64,000 bases of DNA from the NCBI GenBank assembly GCA_031287855.1, contig JAITSL010000033.1:1163-65162 (forward strand), written 5' to 3'. The position numbers and the translations under genes are program-made. The notes under the pieces are model-generated. The model was not told the origin of the DNA, made no database searches, and was given only the letters and a program-made list of their open reading frames with translations. Shown piece after piece: positions 29,820 to 39,365 of the stretch. The stretch's first letter is position 1, and every line of letters begins with the position of its first letter. This DNA comes from Candidatus Endomicrobiellum roisinitermitis (GTDB lineage Bacteria > Elusimicrobiota > Endomicrobiia > Endomicrobiales > Endomicrobiaceae).

Positions 29820-30426
29820 CGATAATTTTCCCGGCTATTGTATTTTTGCTTTCATTTATTATTTTTAAAACATTGTTTTGAGTTATTATATTTACAGTAG
29901 AATTTTTAGAATTAAAAGTTTCTACCCCATTAGCTACAATTAAATCTAGATTTTTATTCTTTAGTTTTATTAAAGCGTTACTTATTAGGTTTTTTGTCTC
30001 TAAAGCAAAACCTGCAACAATTTGACTTTTTTTATTTTTACCACAATATTTTATTATATCTGGATTTTGTTTAAGTTTTATTGACATTGCAGAACTTGAA
30101 CAATCTTTTTTTATCTTGTGCTTACTTATTTTTACAGGTCTATAATCTGCAATTGCTGCCGCACTTATAACAATATCAGCCCTTTTAAAATTAACTTTTG
30201 TAGCTTTAAACATGTCAAAAGCTGTTATAACATTTATAATCTTTACATCTTTTGGCAATACTTTTGCAGGGCCAGAAATAAATATAACTTCATAACCTTT
30301 TTTAACTGCAGCTTCTGCCAAAGCACTACCCATTCCTCCAGAAGATTCATTGCTTATATATCTTACAGGATCAATGTATTCCTTAGTTGGCCCAGATAAA
30401 ATAAGAAACCTAATTTTTTTGTTCAT
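29758..30426 (-). CDS. coaB: Phosphopantothenate--cysteine ligase (CoaB), separate ORF
   Basis: LSGPTKEYIDPVRYISNESSGGMG motif. Its ATG at 30426 shares one base with the coaC TGA stop. Confidence 0.8.
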   Translation of the reverse strand: MNKKIRFLILSGPTKEYIDPVRYISNESSGGMGSALAEAAVKKGYEVIFISGPAKVLPKDVKIINVITAFDMFKATKVNFKRADIVISAAAIADYRPVKISKHKIKKDCSSSAMSIKLKQNPDIIKYCGKNKKSQIVAGFALETKNLISNALIKLKNKNLDLIVANGVETFNSKNSTVNIITQNNVLKIINESKNTIAGKIIDETVKIFENIKLCKDNSRRL

Positions 30427-30971
30427 CAACTCAAAATTTCCACAACATTAGAAACTATAACTTCTATTTTAGCAAGACGACCATCACCACAATCACCACA
30501 AGCAAGTTCTCCACTTTCTGGCATAACAAAATTATATCCATAACTTTTTAAGATTGTAATATTGTTACAGACTGCCTTATGTGACAACATATTAGAATTC
30601 ATAGCTGGACATATTAGAATTTTAGCTTTAGAAGCAAGCACTATGCTAGAAAGCAAGTCATCTGCTCTACCAGCAGCAAGCCTTGCAATTGTATCTGCAG
30701 TAGCTGGTACTATAACAATCATATCTGCCTTTTTTGCCAAAGAAATGTGACCAATATCATAATTTTCAATACTTTCAAACATATCTTGATGTACTTTATT
30801 TTTTGACAAAGTTTGTAAAGTAAGCGGTGCTATAAAATTAGATACAGTCTTTGTTAAAACACACTCCACATTAGCTTGCAGTTTAGTAAGCTGTCTTATT
30901 ATATCGCAAGCTTTATAGGCTGCAATGCCCCCACAAACACCTAAAACAATGTTTTTATTTTCTAAAGACAT
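30426..30971 (-). CDS. coaC: Phosphopantothenoylcysteine decarboxylase (CoaC flavoprotein), separate ORF
   Basis: VCGGIAAYKA flavin-binding start and PAMNSNM motif. Confidence 0.8.
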   Translation of the reverse strand: MSLENKNIVLGVCGGIAAYKACDIIRQLTKLQANVECVLTKTVSNFIAPLTLQTLSKNKVHQDMFESIENYDIGHISLAKKADMIVIVPATADTIARLAAGRADDLLSSIVLASKAKILICPAMNSNMLSHKAVCNNITILKSYGYNFVMPESGELACGDCGDGRLAKIEVIVSNVVEILS

Positions 30972-30976
30972 TTTAA

Positions 30977-31207
30977 TTAATTGTCTTTTACTTTTTTACG
31001 CAACTCTTCAATTTTCTCTAAAGTTGCTACACCAGTTAAAACATCACTTAAAGCTTTGTTGATTAGCTCTGTTTGAGGCAATTTTCTAAACTCTTCATTA
31101 TATTTGTTTACTGACATCCAATTTAACGCCATTTTAACTATTTCATATCTTCCAAGAGTAGATGCTGCAACTGCTTCTCTTAATTGGCTATCTGTTAGTT
31201 GTGCCAT
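30977..31207 (-). CDS. rpoZ: RNA polymerase omega subunit
   Basis: 76 aa containing GRYEIVKMALNW. Conserved gmk-rpoZ synteny. Confidence 0.65.
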   Translation of the reverse strand: MAQLTDSQLREAVAASTLGRYEIVKMALNWMSVNKYNEEFRKLPQTELINKALSDVLTGVATLEKIEELRKKVKDN

Positions 31208-31228
31208 TTCATTCTCCCTTTTGTTGAA

Positions 31229-31849
31229 CTAATTAAAATAATTCTTATTTTTTATTACTTTATATTTTAAAGATCTTATAATAGTTTTTACAGAATCTAT
31301 AGCTTTTTTTAAATTGTCATTTATAACAAGATATTCATATTTTTTTAAGTATTGTATTTCTTTTTTAGCATTTTCAAGACGCATATTCATTGTTTCTGTA
31401 CAATCTTTATTTCTAGAAATTAAACGTTGTTTTAAAATATTAAGATTTTTAGTCATAATAAAAATCATACAAGATTGCGGATATTGTTTTTTTATTTTTA
31501 GTCCGCCTTGAACATCAATTTCTAAAAGAACATTTTTGCCAGACTTTAAGGTTTTATCTACAAAATTTTTTGACGTCCCATAATAATTACCATGCACCAT
31601 AGCTGATTCAACAAATTTATTTTCTTTAAGCATTTGTTCAAATTCTATTTCTGACACAAAGAAATATTCCCGAGAATTTCTTTCTCCCCTGCGAGGAATT
31701 CTTGTTGTATAAGAAACTGAACGTATTATATTTTTATCACTTTTTACAATAGCATCACATATAGTAGTTTTCCCTGCTCCAGAAGGAGCAGAAATTATAA
31801 TTATATTCCCAAATTTAATATCTTTTTCCAATTTATTAACTTTAATCAT
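31229..31849 (-). CDS. gmk: Guanylate kinase
   Basis: P-loop SAPSGAGKTT, YTTRIPRRGE and ID(V)QG motifs. Confidence 0.9.
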   Translation of the reverse strand: MIKVNKLEKDIKFGNIIIISAPSGAGKTTICDAIVKSDKNIIRSVSYTTRIPRRGERNSREYFFVSEIEFEQMLKENKFVESAMVHGNYYGTSKNFVDKTLKSGKNVLLEIDVQGGLKIKKQYPQSCMIFIMTKNLNILKQRLISRNKDCTETMNMRLENAKKEIQYLKKYEYLVINDNLKKAIDSVKTIIRSLKYKVIKNKNYFN

Positions 31850-32193
31850 TATAAATTTTAAGAATCCAATCTATTCTATTTTAGCAAACTTACATATTAT
31901 TTCTTTATTTTGCCCAAACGCTACTGCCAGCAAACTCACTTCTTTTCCCATATACTTCTCATAATATTTTTTATCCTTTATCTGCTTCATCCCTCACTAT
32001 TATTCGTTATTTATCTTTATTTATAATATATTTATACATCTTTACAACATCTTTGCACACTCATAATACTATATTGTACATATTTTTGCCTTTTTTTAAA
32101 AAATTTGATTCATCTAGTAGTTTATAACATATGGATTATTTGGTATTTAAAAAACCATAAATAATTCCAAATGAAGAAATCTTATACATACTT

Positions 32194-33137
32194 TCAATCT
32201 AACTCTCTTGGATATGCAACAAATGAAAATTTGACAATTGGATTATTTTGCCGAAACGGCATAAATCTCATAATAAATTTATAATCAAGATTAAGACTCT
32301 CCAAAAACGGTTTAATTTCAAAAAAGTCTTTTGCATTGGTAGATTGATATGTAAAGTACAGGCCTGTCTCTTTTAATTGTATCTACAGCTCCTCTAAGCA
32401 TATTATATTAGATTCATCACCTTCTATGTCAGATTTAATGTAACCAACTTTGCCTTTATAATCGCTATTTTTTATAAAGTTATCCAAGGTATCAGCCTCC
32501 ACAGAGCTATGTCCTATCTTTAAAATATTAGTACTAGGAGTCCCTGTATCATTAAAACTAATTGTTTTTTTGCATCAGAGAGTGCAAGACAAAACGACTT
32601 ATGAGGTACAACAGTGAGACAAGTCACGCGTATTTGCCTCATACTCTTTTAAACTTTTCTCACTAATATCAAAAGAAAAAATTATGGATGGACTAAACTC
32701 AGACAAAACAACTGCAGAATCCCCCACATAACATCCTAAATCAATAAAAGCTTTACCTTTAATATAATCTTTAACTTTTTCTGGAACCAAAGATAAACCA
32801 TGTTTATAATACATACATTCTGATGTAAATTTACCTGTATAATTTTTTTGAAAATCTCGCACTTTTTTAATTTCAGGAATTAACTATAAGGAGGAAAATT
32901 TATTATAATATCCATCGCTAGATCAACATGTTTTATTGACAAATCATCAAGACCAGATTTTAATTTTTTCATTACTTTTGGCATGTTATTGTTAACTACA
33001 TACTTTTTAAAATCATCTTTGACTGCACTCTTTAAGTAATATTCATTGTCATTATTATGCACATTTTTTGAAACTTCCTTGTTTATATAATAAAAAACTA
33101 GCACAAGGCATAAAACAATACACACCCCACCACCCAC
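32194..33137 (-). pseudogene. FkbM-family methyltransferase, multiply frameshifted
   Basis: Fragments lie in different frames: FIDLGCYVGDSAVVLS (SAM-binding), GYIKSDIEGDESNII, GAVDTIKRDRPVLYISIY and STNAKDFFEIKPFLESLNLDYKFI...VAYPRELD with a stop at 32194. At least three frame changes are needed. Confidence 0.65.
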
Positions 33138-33191
33138 ATAATATAAAATGCATTTTTAGTTTTTTAAATAAATTCATTATTTCTTATCCCA

Positions 33192-34069
33192 TTATGATGG
33201 TCTTGGAAATTTTTTCTTCATATATTCTTCAATACAAAACCTAGTAAAACGATTATCGTTGATAGAATCATTTATACTAGCCAAATAAGGTTTATCCTTA
33301 TCCAATTTACACATTGTTTTGAAATCATAGTAACCTAAGTAACCTTCATTGATATACTTGGCCCTACGTTTACATATATCCATTAATTTAAACAAAGCCA
33401 GTGAGACATTTGTATCTTCTCTAAACTTAGCTTGCCTAGTAGTTCTATCCAATCTTGAAAAGTTGACTCCTCAATATTATCCTTAAGAAAAGATTTCCTA
33501 AATGGTGTCATGTTATGACTAAATCTTATCGGCAACCACCTACTATAAAGAACATAAGCATAAATAATAGCTTGATATGTTACTCTACAATGTAAGTTTA
33601 GATTGGAATGTTTCCTTCCAAAAAAGCCTCCACGATATATTGGCTTCTCCTTAACATCAAAAAAATAATCTCTACTAATTTCTCTATTACAAAAAAAATC
33701 ATCATTAGAATAAATAAAAAACTCAGATAATCCTGGTATTTTATAAAGGAATGTTTCTATTGCTATGGAATTAAAGTTTGGATAATACTTACCAAGTAAA
33801 TCTTTGTGCTCTATAATTTGTATTTCTCTACCAAGTTTTAACCATTCTGGAATCTGACTATCTACAATTACAAAAATTTTATTAATCCACAGCATGTTTT
33901 TCTCTACAGACCTTAAAGAGTATTTCAAAAAATCAGTATCTATAAATCTGCTTTCATGATAAGTATTTTCATTCTCCGGAACATTAAACTTTTTTGCAAT
34001 TTCCATAACTTTTTCATGATGAGAAAGATCAGCACCATTAACCCAAGTATAAACCAAATCTATTTTCAT
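33192..34069 (-). pseudogene. Stealth-family (capsule/glycan phosphotransferase-like) gene with a frameshift near 33445
   Basis: MKIDLVYTWVNGADLSHH (Stealth CR1-like) from ATG 34069, which sits 2 nt after the GT8 stop. The downstream part TRQAKFREDTNVSLALFKL...LASINDSINDN continues in another frame. Confidence 0.6.
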
Positions 34070-34071
34070 TT

Positions 34072-35151
34072 TTATACATCCTTTTTTATTGACCATAAAA
34101 AAGGAAATATTTTAAAAAGATATATCACTAATCTATTGCCTTTATGCCTAAAAAATATAATAGGGATTTTATCAAACAGTTTTAATTTTCTGCTAAAAAG
34201 CACACTAAACCGATTTGATTCATACTTCATATGATTAGTTATATAATCTTGGTTTAAAATTCCAAAATATGGGGTCATTTTTGCATATTTCCACCACAAA
34301 ATATCCATAATCTTATTTTCTCTACGAATTTGCCAAGGTTTATCCCAACCAACAAAATGATATATAACAGGGTTATAAAGCATTTCGCTAACTTCTTCTT
34401 TTGTCCATATTTGCTCATCTATCATTTTTTGCACAAAATTATGAGACACTGGTAAATATGAGTTGTATTTAGGTGGCAAAAATCCAATTTTCCCTTTACA
34501 TGTTATATTAATAATATCTTGATCGGGGAAATAGTACTTATTGCCACACAAAATATTCCACTTATAAACTAAATTTAACTCACGCATTAATTCCAGATTC
34601 ATTACTATAAATCCAGAACAAATATAACTTCCAGTAATTGATATTTTTTTTTAGGAATTTCTTCTTTAAGATTTGCTGTATCTTTTACACCTAATACTAA
34701 CTTTCCATCTATATCAATAGATGTTAAGACTGATAAGTCATCTAGAAAGATAGTATCAGAATCAGCATAGATAATTTTTTTAACATCTGGTAATAAGATT
34801 GGTAATTGCAGACGGTAAAATATTCCTTTTGACCAATAAGCATTTTTATCACAATAACCTTTATTAAGCAACTTTAGATCTACATCAAGAATTTTATATT
34901 CAAAATCATAGGATAACGAATTTAAATATTCTATAATTTCTGTCCGATACATCCCCTCCGGACAAACTAAATACAATTTATACCTTGTTGTCTTCTTCGC
35001 ATTGCATAAAAGACTAGTAATAGTCACCATTACCTGTATAAATTGATTTTCATCAAAACAAAAGGCTATGTCAACTAATAAGAAGCTATTAATACAGTAT
35101 TCTTGTTGTTTGTTGTTTGTTGTTTGTTGTTTGTTGTTTGTTGTTTGTCAT
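34072..35151 (-). pseudogene. Glycosyltransferase family 8 (LgtC/RfaJ-like), out of frame at a 5' heptanucleotide repeat and at an internal A9 tract
   Basis: IAFCFDENQFIQVMVTITSLL, YADSDTIFLDD (DxD) and GSYICSGFIVMNLELMRE (NSG-like) motifs are spread over three phases. ATG 35151 is followed by (ACAACAA)n. Confidence 0.7.
35103..35148 (-). repeat. Heptanucleotide tandem repeat, (TTGTTGT) x 6 plus 4 nt on the + strand = (ACAACAA)n on the coding strand
   Basis: Counted base by base: six perfect 7-nt units at 35103-35144 plus ttgt. It directly abuts ATG 35151-35149. Confidence 0.95.
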
Positions 35152-35232
35152 CGAGATACCCCAAATAAATACTCTATTGCCATAAAAATGAACGGACCAT
35201 AATATAGACAAATTACAAAATATTAAAATATA

Positions 35233-35306
35233 TCGGGAAGGCGGGACTTGAACCCACAACCTCCTGCTCCCAAAGCAGGCGCGATAGCCAATTACGCTAC
35301 TTCCCG
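35233..35306 (-). tRNA. tRNA-Pro (anticodon TGG)
   Basis: Reverse complement CGGGAAGTAGCGTAATTGGCTATCGCGCCTGCTTTGGGAGCAGGAGGTTGTGGGTTCAAGTCCCGCCTTCCCGA folds as a cloverleaf. It has a 7-bp acceptor stem, anticodon stem CCTGC/GCAGG with loop TTTGGGA, and T arm GTGGG-TTCAAGT-CCCGC. CCA is not encoded. Confidence 0.9.
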
Positions 35307-35312
35307 GGTTGC

Positions 35313-35906
35313 TTACAATTGTTTAAGGACCACTTTAACTTGTTGCAAAGCTTTTGCCCTATGGCTTATTGTATTTTTAATATCAGGCGTTAACTCTGCA
35401 AAAGTTTTATTGTATTCAGGAATATAAAAGATTGGATCATATCCAAAATTATACTGTCCTTTCCCTATGAGATTGATTATACCATAGATTTCTCCTGTTG
35501 ACAAGTACAACTGACCACTAGGACTAGCAATTGCAATAACTGTTCTAAACCGTGCAGTTCTTTTTTCAAACGGAACATCTTTTAAAGCATAAAGTAACTT
35601 TTTAATATTATCTTGAAAAGAACATTCTTTTCCAGCATATCTAGCACTAAAAACTCCAGGCTCACCATTTAAATAATCTACCTCAAGGCCAGAATCATCT
35701 GCAATAACCCAGCTATTAAAAAACTTGGCTGCTTCTTTTGCTTTCTTTATTGCATTATCTTCAAGAGTTTTGCCATCTTCTATTGTTTTAGGATACTTAT
35801 CAAAAGAAGTCATAGACATAACTTCAATATCTAGATCTTTTAATAATGATTTTATTTCTTCTTCCTTATACTTACTAGTAGTGGCTAATATTATCTTTTT
35901 TACCAT
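35313..35906 (-). CDS. rdgB: dITP/XTP pyrophosphatase (RdgB/HAM1 family)
   Basis: IILATTSKYKEEE, DDSGLEVDYLNGEPGVFSARYAG and FGYDPIF motifs. Confidence 0.85.
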   Translation of the reverse strand: MVKKIILATTSKYKEEEIKSLLKDLDIEVMSMTSFDKYPKTIEDGKTLEDNAIKKAKEAAKFFNSWVIADDSGLEVDYLNGEPGVFSARYAGKECSFQDNIKKLLYALKDVPFEKRTARFRTVIAIASPSGQLYLSTGEIYGIINLIGKGQYNFGYDPIFYIPEYNKTFAELTPDIKNTISHRAKALQQVKVVLKQL

Positions 35907-35910
35907 GATT

Positions 35911-38559
35911 TTATCCTAAAAATCTTAAACTCTCATTAATTTTGTCCAATTTTATATTAGCTTCATTAAGTCTAGTTTTAATTTTTTCTACTTCTGACCC
36001 AGGTGCTCTTTTGATAAAATTGTCATCTTCTAATTTAGCAGTAGTTTTTTCTATTTCTTGTTTTGCAAGAGCTAACTCTTTAAGAAGTCTTGTTTTTTCT
36101 TTTTCTATATCTATAAGCCCTTCTAAAGGTAAAAATATTTCAAAACCACTAACAACAGCTAATGCAGAATTATTTGGCCTTACAATATTTTTTGTAAAAG
36201 TTATTGAGCTTAGTTTTGCAAGCTGTTTTACATAACTTTCATTTTCCTTTACAACCTTTTCTTTACTTTCATCTAGCACATTAAATAGCGCTTCTATTTG
36301 TTGAGCTGGAGATATGTTCATCTTGCTTCTAATAGTTCTTAAAGCTATTATTATATCCTGTAAAAACTTCATTTTTTCAATATTAGATTTATCACTTTCT
36401 TTGAGCTCATTTAAAAACTTGCTTTCTGCTATTATCTTTTTTTCTCCTAATATTTGCCAAATTTCTGAAGTTATAAACGGCATAACAGGCGATAACAACT
36501 GCAATGTAACTTTAAGGGCATGCACCAATATCTTAAGAACCTGCTTTTTTGCTTGTAGATCTTCAGACATCATGCGTATTTTGGAAAGTTCAATATACCA
36601 ATCACAATATTTTACCCAAAAGAAATCATAAAGCGTCCTTGAAGCAGTGTCTATATTGTAAGATTCATAAGCTTTTTTTACTTTCAAAGACATTTCGTAA
36701 AGTTCTGCTAAAATCCACTTATCAGAAAGTTCTATAGCTGTTATATCTACATCTAAATTTTCAATTCCTTCTAAGTTCATTATTATAAACCTTGAAGCGT
36801 TCCATATTTTATTTGCAAAATTTCTTGCTGACAAAAATGATTCTTCTGAAATTTGCATATCTCTTCCAAGAGCTCCAGCACAAGCTAAAGCAAATCTTAA
36901 AGCATCTGTACCAAAGTTATCCATAATTTCTCTAGGATCAATTACATTGCCTAAAGATTTAGACATTTTTTTGCCATGTTTATCCCTTACAATACCATGA
37001 ATAAAGACATCTCTATAAGGAACTTCTTTCATAAATTCTAACCCAAACTGTACCATTCTAGCTACCCACAAATATATAATTTCATGCCCTGTAGCTAAAA
37101 CTGATGTTGGATAAAAATACTTCAACTCCTTGTTATGTTCGTCTTCTTGCCAACCAAAAATGCTCACTGGCCATAAAGCAGAAGAAAACCAAGTATCTAA
37201 AACATCTTCATCTTGAACAAAATTTGACCCTTTACAACACAAACATTGTTTCGGTGCTTCAAAAGAAGCAATAGACTTACAATCAGTTTTATTGCCTTTT
37301 TCATCAACACAATAATATATAGGTATTCTATGTCCCCACCACAACTGACGACTTATACACCAGTCTCTTAAATTTTCAAGCCATAAAGTGTAAGGTCTTT
37401 TCCAAGATTCTGGATGAAAAACAGTTTCACCATCATTTACTGCATCTATAGCTCTTTTAGACATTTGCCAAACATTTAAAAACCATTGCTCTGACATTAG
37501 AGGTTCTATTGTTGTAGAACATCTATAACATTTACCAACTTTATGATCATAAGCTTGTACTTTTATTAAATAGCCTTTTATCTCTAACTCTTTAACTACT
37601 TTTTCCCTAGCTTCTTTTACTGTTAAACCTTTATAATTTTCTGGTACATTTATCATTTTGCCATTTATATCTATTATTTCTATAACTTCAAGATTATTTC
37701 TTTTTGCAATTTCATTGTCTACAGCATCACTAGCAGGCGTTACTTTAAGAGCACCTGTTCCAAACGATTTGTCTATAGTGTAATCTGAAATTAGTTTAAT
37801 TTCTCTATTTAGTAAAGGTAGCATTAAAGCTTTCCCTAAAAGTTTTTTATATCTGTCATCTTCAGGATTTACCGCAACAGCAGTATCACCAAACATTGTC
37901 TCTGGCCTAGTTGTTGCTATAACAATATACTCGTTAGAATCTTTTAAAGGGTACTTAATATGCCACAAACTACTTTTTTCATCCACGTACTCAACTTCTA
38001 TATCTGAGAGCGCTGTACCACATCTTGTACACCAATTGACAAGCCTTTTTCCTCTATATATTAAACCTTTATTAAATAGTTCTATAAAAGCTTTTTTTAC
38101 AGCTTTAGAACGACTTTCGTCCATAGTAAAAGCAACTCTATCCCAATCTAAACCGCATCCCATCATTTTAAGTTGGCTTAATATCGTATCACCTGTTTTG
38201 TTTTTCCACTGCCACATTTTTTCTAAAAACTTTTCACGACCTAATTCATACTTATTTATACCTTCTTTCTTTAAAAGTTTTTCAACTACATTTTGTGTAG
38301 CAATGCCCCCATGGTCAGTGCCAGGGACCCACAAAGTGTTATACCCTTGAAGCTTTTTAAACCTTATTATGATATCCTGCAAAGTAGTATTTAAAGCATG
38401 CCCCATATGTAATGATCCAGTAATATTAGCAGGAGGTATAACTATAGTAAACGGCTTTTTATTTTTGTCCACTTTTGCTGAAAATGTTTTATTTTCTACC
38501 CAATACTTGCTCCATTTCCCCTCAACTGTCTTAAAATTATAAACTTTCTCCATATCCAT
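35911..38559 (-). CDS. valS: Valine--tRNA ligase
   Basis: PPANITGSLHMGHAL (HIGH) and KMSKSLGN motifs, C-terminal coiled coil, 882 aa. Confidence 0.95.
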   Translation of the reverse strand: MDMEKVYNFKTVEGKWSKYWVENKTFSAKVDKNKKPFTIVIPPANITGSLHMGHALNTTLQDIIIRFKKLQGYNTLWVPGTDHGGIATQNVVEKLLKKEGINKYELGREKFLEKMWQWKNKTGDTILSQLKMMGCGLDWDRVAFTMDESRSKAVKKAFIELFNKGLIYRGKRLVNWCTRCGTALSDIEVEYVDEKSSLWHIKYPLKDSNEYIVIATTRPETMFGDTAVAVNPEDDRYKKLLGKALMLPLLNREIKLISDYTIDKSFGTGALKVTPASDAVDNEIAKRNNLEVIEIIDINGKMINVPENYKGLTVKEAREKVVKELEIKGYLIKVQAYDHKVGKCYRCSTTIEPLMSEQWFLNVWQMSKRAIDAVNDGETVFHPESWKRPYTLWLENLRDWCISRQLWWGHRIPIYYCVDEKGNKTDCKSIASFEAPKQCLCCKGSNFVQDEDVLDTWFSSALWPVSIFGWQEDEHNKELKYFYPTSVLATGHEIIYLWVARMVQFGLEFMKEVPYRDVFIHGIVRDKHGKKMSKSLGNVIDPREIMDNFGTDALRFALACAGALGRDMQISEESFLSARNFANKIWNASRFIIMNLEGIENLDVDITAIELSDKWILAELYEMSLKVKKAYESYNIDTASRTLYDFFWVKYCDWYIELSKIRMMSEDLQAKKQVLKILVHALKVTLQLLSPVMPFITSEIWQILGEKKIIAESKFLNELKESDKSNIEKMKFLQDIIIALRTIRSKMNISPAQQIEALFNVLDESKEKVVKENESYVKQLAKLSSITFTKNIVRPNNSALAVVSGFEIFLPLEGLIDIEKEKTRLLKELALAKQEIEKTTAKLEDDNFIKRAPGSEVEKIKTRLNEANIKLDKINESLRFLG

Positions 38560-38598
38560 AACAAAGCCCTCTTGGCTAATTTAAAAGTAATCTTTAAG

Positions 38599-38640
38599 AT
38601 TATACTAAAAAAACATCTTTAGTGTAATTTTTAGTATAAT
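38599..38640. promoter_or_regulatory. Perfect 13-bp inverted repeat ATTATACTAAAAA-N16-TTTTTAGTATAAT in the valS / SDR divergent promoter region
   Basis: Arms 38599-38611 and 38628-38640 are exact reverse complements. Each arm carries TATAAT oriented toward its flanking gene, 40 nt before the valS ATG and 20 nt before the SDR ATG. Confidence 0.4.
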
Positions 38641-38659
38641 TTAATTCTATTGAGGTTTT

Positions 38660-39364
38660 ATGCAAAGCAAAACAATATTGATAACAGGTATATCTAGAGG
38701 CATAGGTAAACATTTAGCAATCGCATTTTCAAAAGCTGGATGGAACGTATGTGGCTGTTATAAAAATGATAAACCAGATTACGTATTAAAAAACTCTAAG
38801 TTTATACAAGCAGATGTATGTGTCTATGACGATGTAAAAAAGTTGGTTACAACTACTATTGGAGAGTATGGTTCCATTGACTCTCTCATAAACAATGCCG
38901 GAATTTCTAATCCATCGACAATATTAAAAATGTCTAACAATGAGTGGTCTTCTGTTATAAACACTAATCTAACAGGTGTATTTTATACAACAAAAGAAGT
39001 TTTAAAAGTCCTGAGCAAACGTCGTAAGAGTGGATCTATAATTAATATAGTTTCTATACGTGCATTCACAGCTTTTATAGGAAGTGCAAATTATTCTACT
39101 TCTAAAGCAGGGCTTATTGCATTTACGAAAAACCTCTCTATAGAAGCTGGACATTTTGGGATAACAGCAAACGCTGTATTGCCAGGGTTTCACCTTACAA
39201 ATATGGGCAATAACGCTAGCGATTCTTATATAAAAAAAGTAAAAGAAGAAAGTGTTCTAAACACAACAACAGACATTAAAGAGTTCACTGATTTTATTAT
39301 TTTTTTATCAGGACTTAAAACTGTGTCAGGACAAGTATTCAACTTTGACTCAAGATTGATATAA
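38660..39364 (+). CDS. Short-chain dehydrogenase/reductase, FabG-like
   Basis: TGISRGIGK cofactor motif, NAG, and YSTSK catalytic Tyr-Lys. Confidence 0.8.
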   Translation: MQSKTILITGISRGIGKHLAIAFSKAGWNVCGCYKNDKPDYVLKNSKFIQADVCVYDDVKKLVTTTIGEYGSIDSLINNAGISNPSTILKMSNNEWSSVINTNLTGVFYTTKEVLKVLSKRRKSGSIINIVSIRAFTAFIGSANYSTSKAGLIAFTKNLSIEAGHFGITANAVLPGFHLTNMGNNASDSYIKKVKEESVLNTTTDIKEFTDFIIFLSGLKTVSGQVFNFDSRLI

Positions 39365-39365
39365 A

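Noticed and set aside
31873-31990. 39-codon minus-strand ORF (MKQIKDKKYYEKYMGKEV...) in the pyrimidine-rich 340-nt region upstream of gmk, with vague resemblance to the giant-protein tail (EKYLERYVMGEYG)
   Set aside because: The GAGGG sits directly against the ATG, which is wrong spacing for an RBS. The resemblance covers only a few residues in low-complexity sequence. More likely an untranslated leader or relic.
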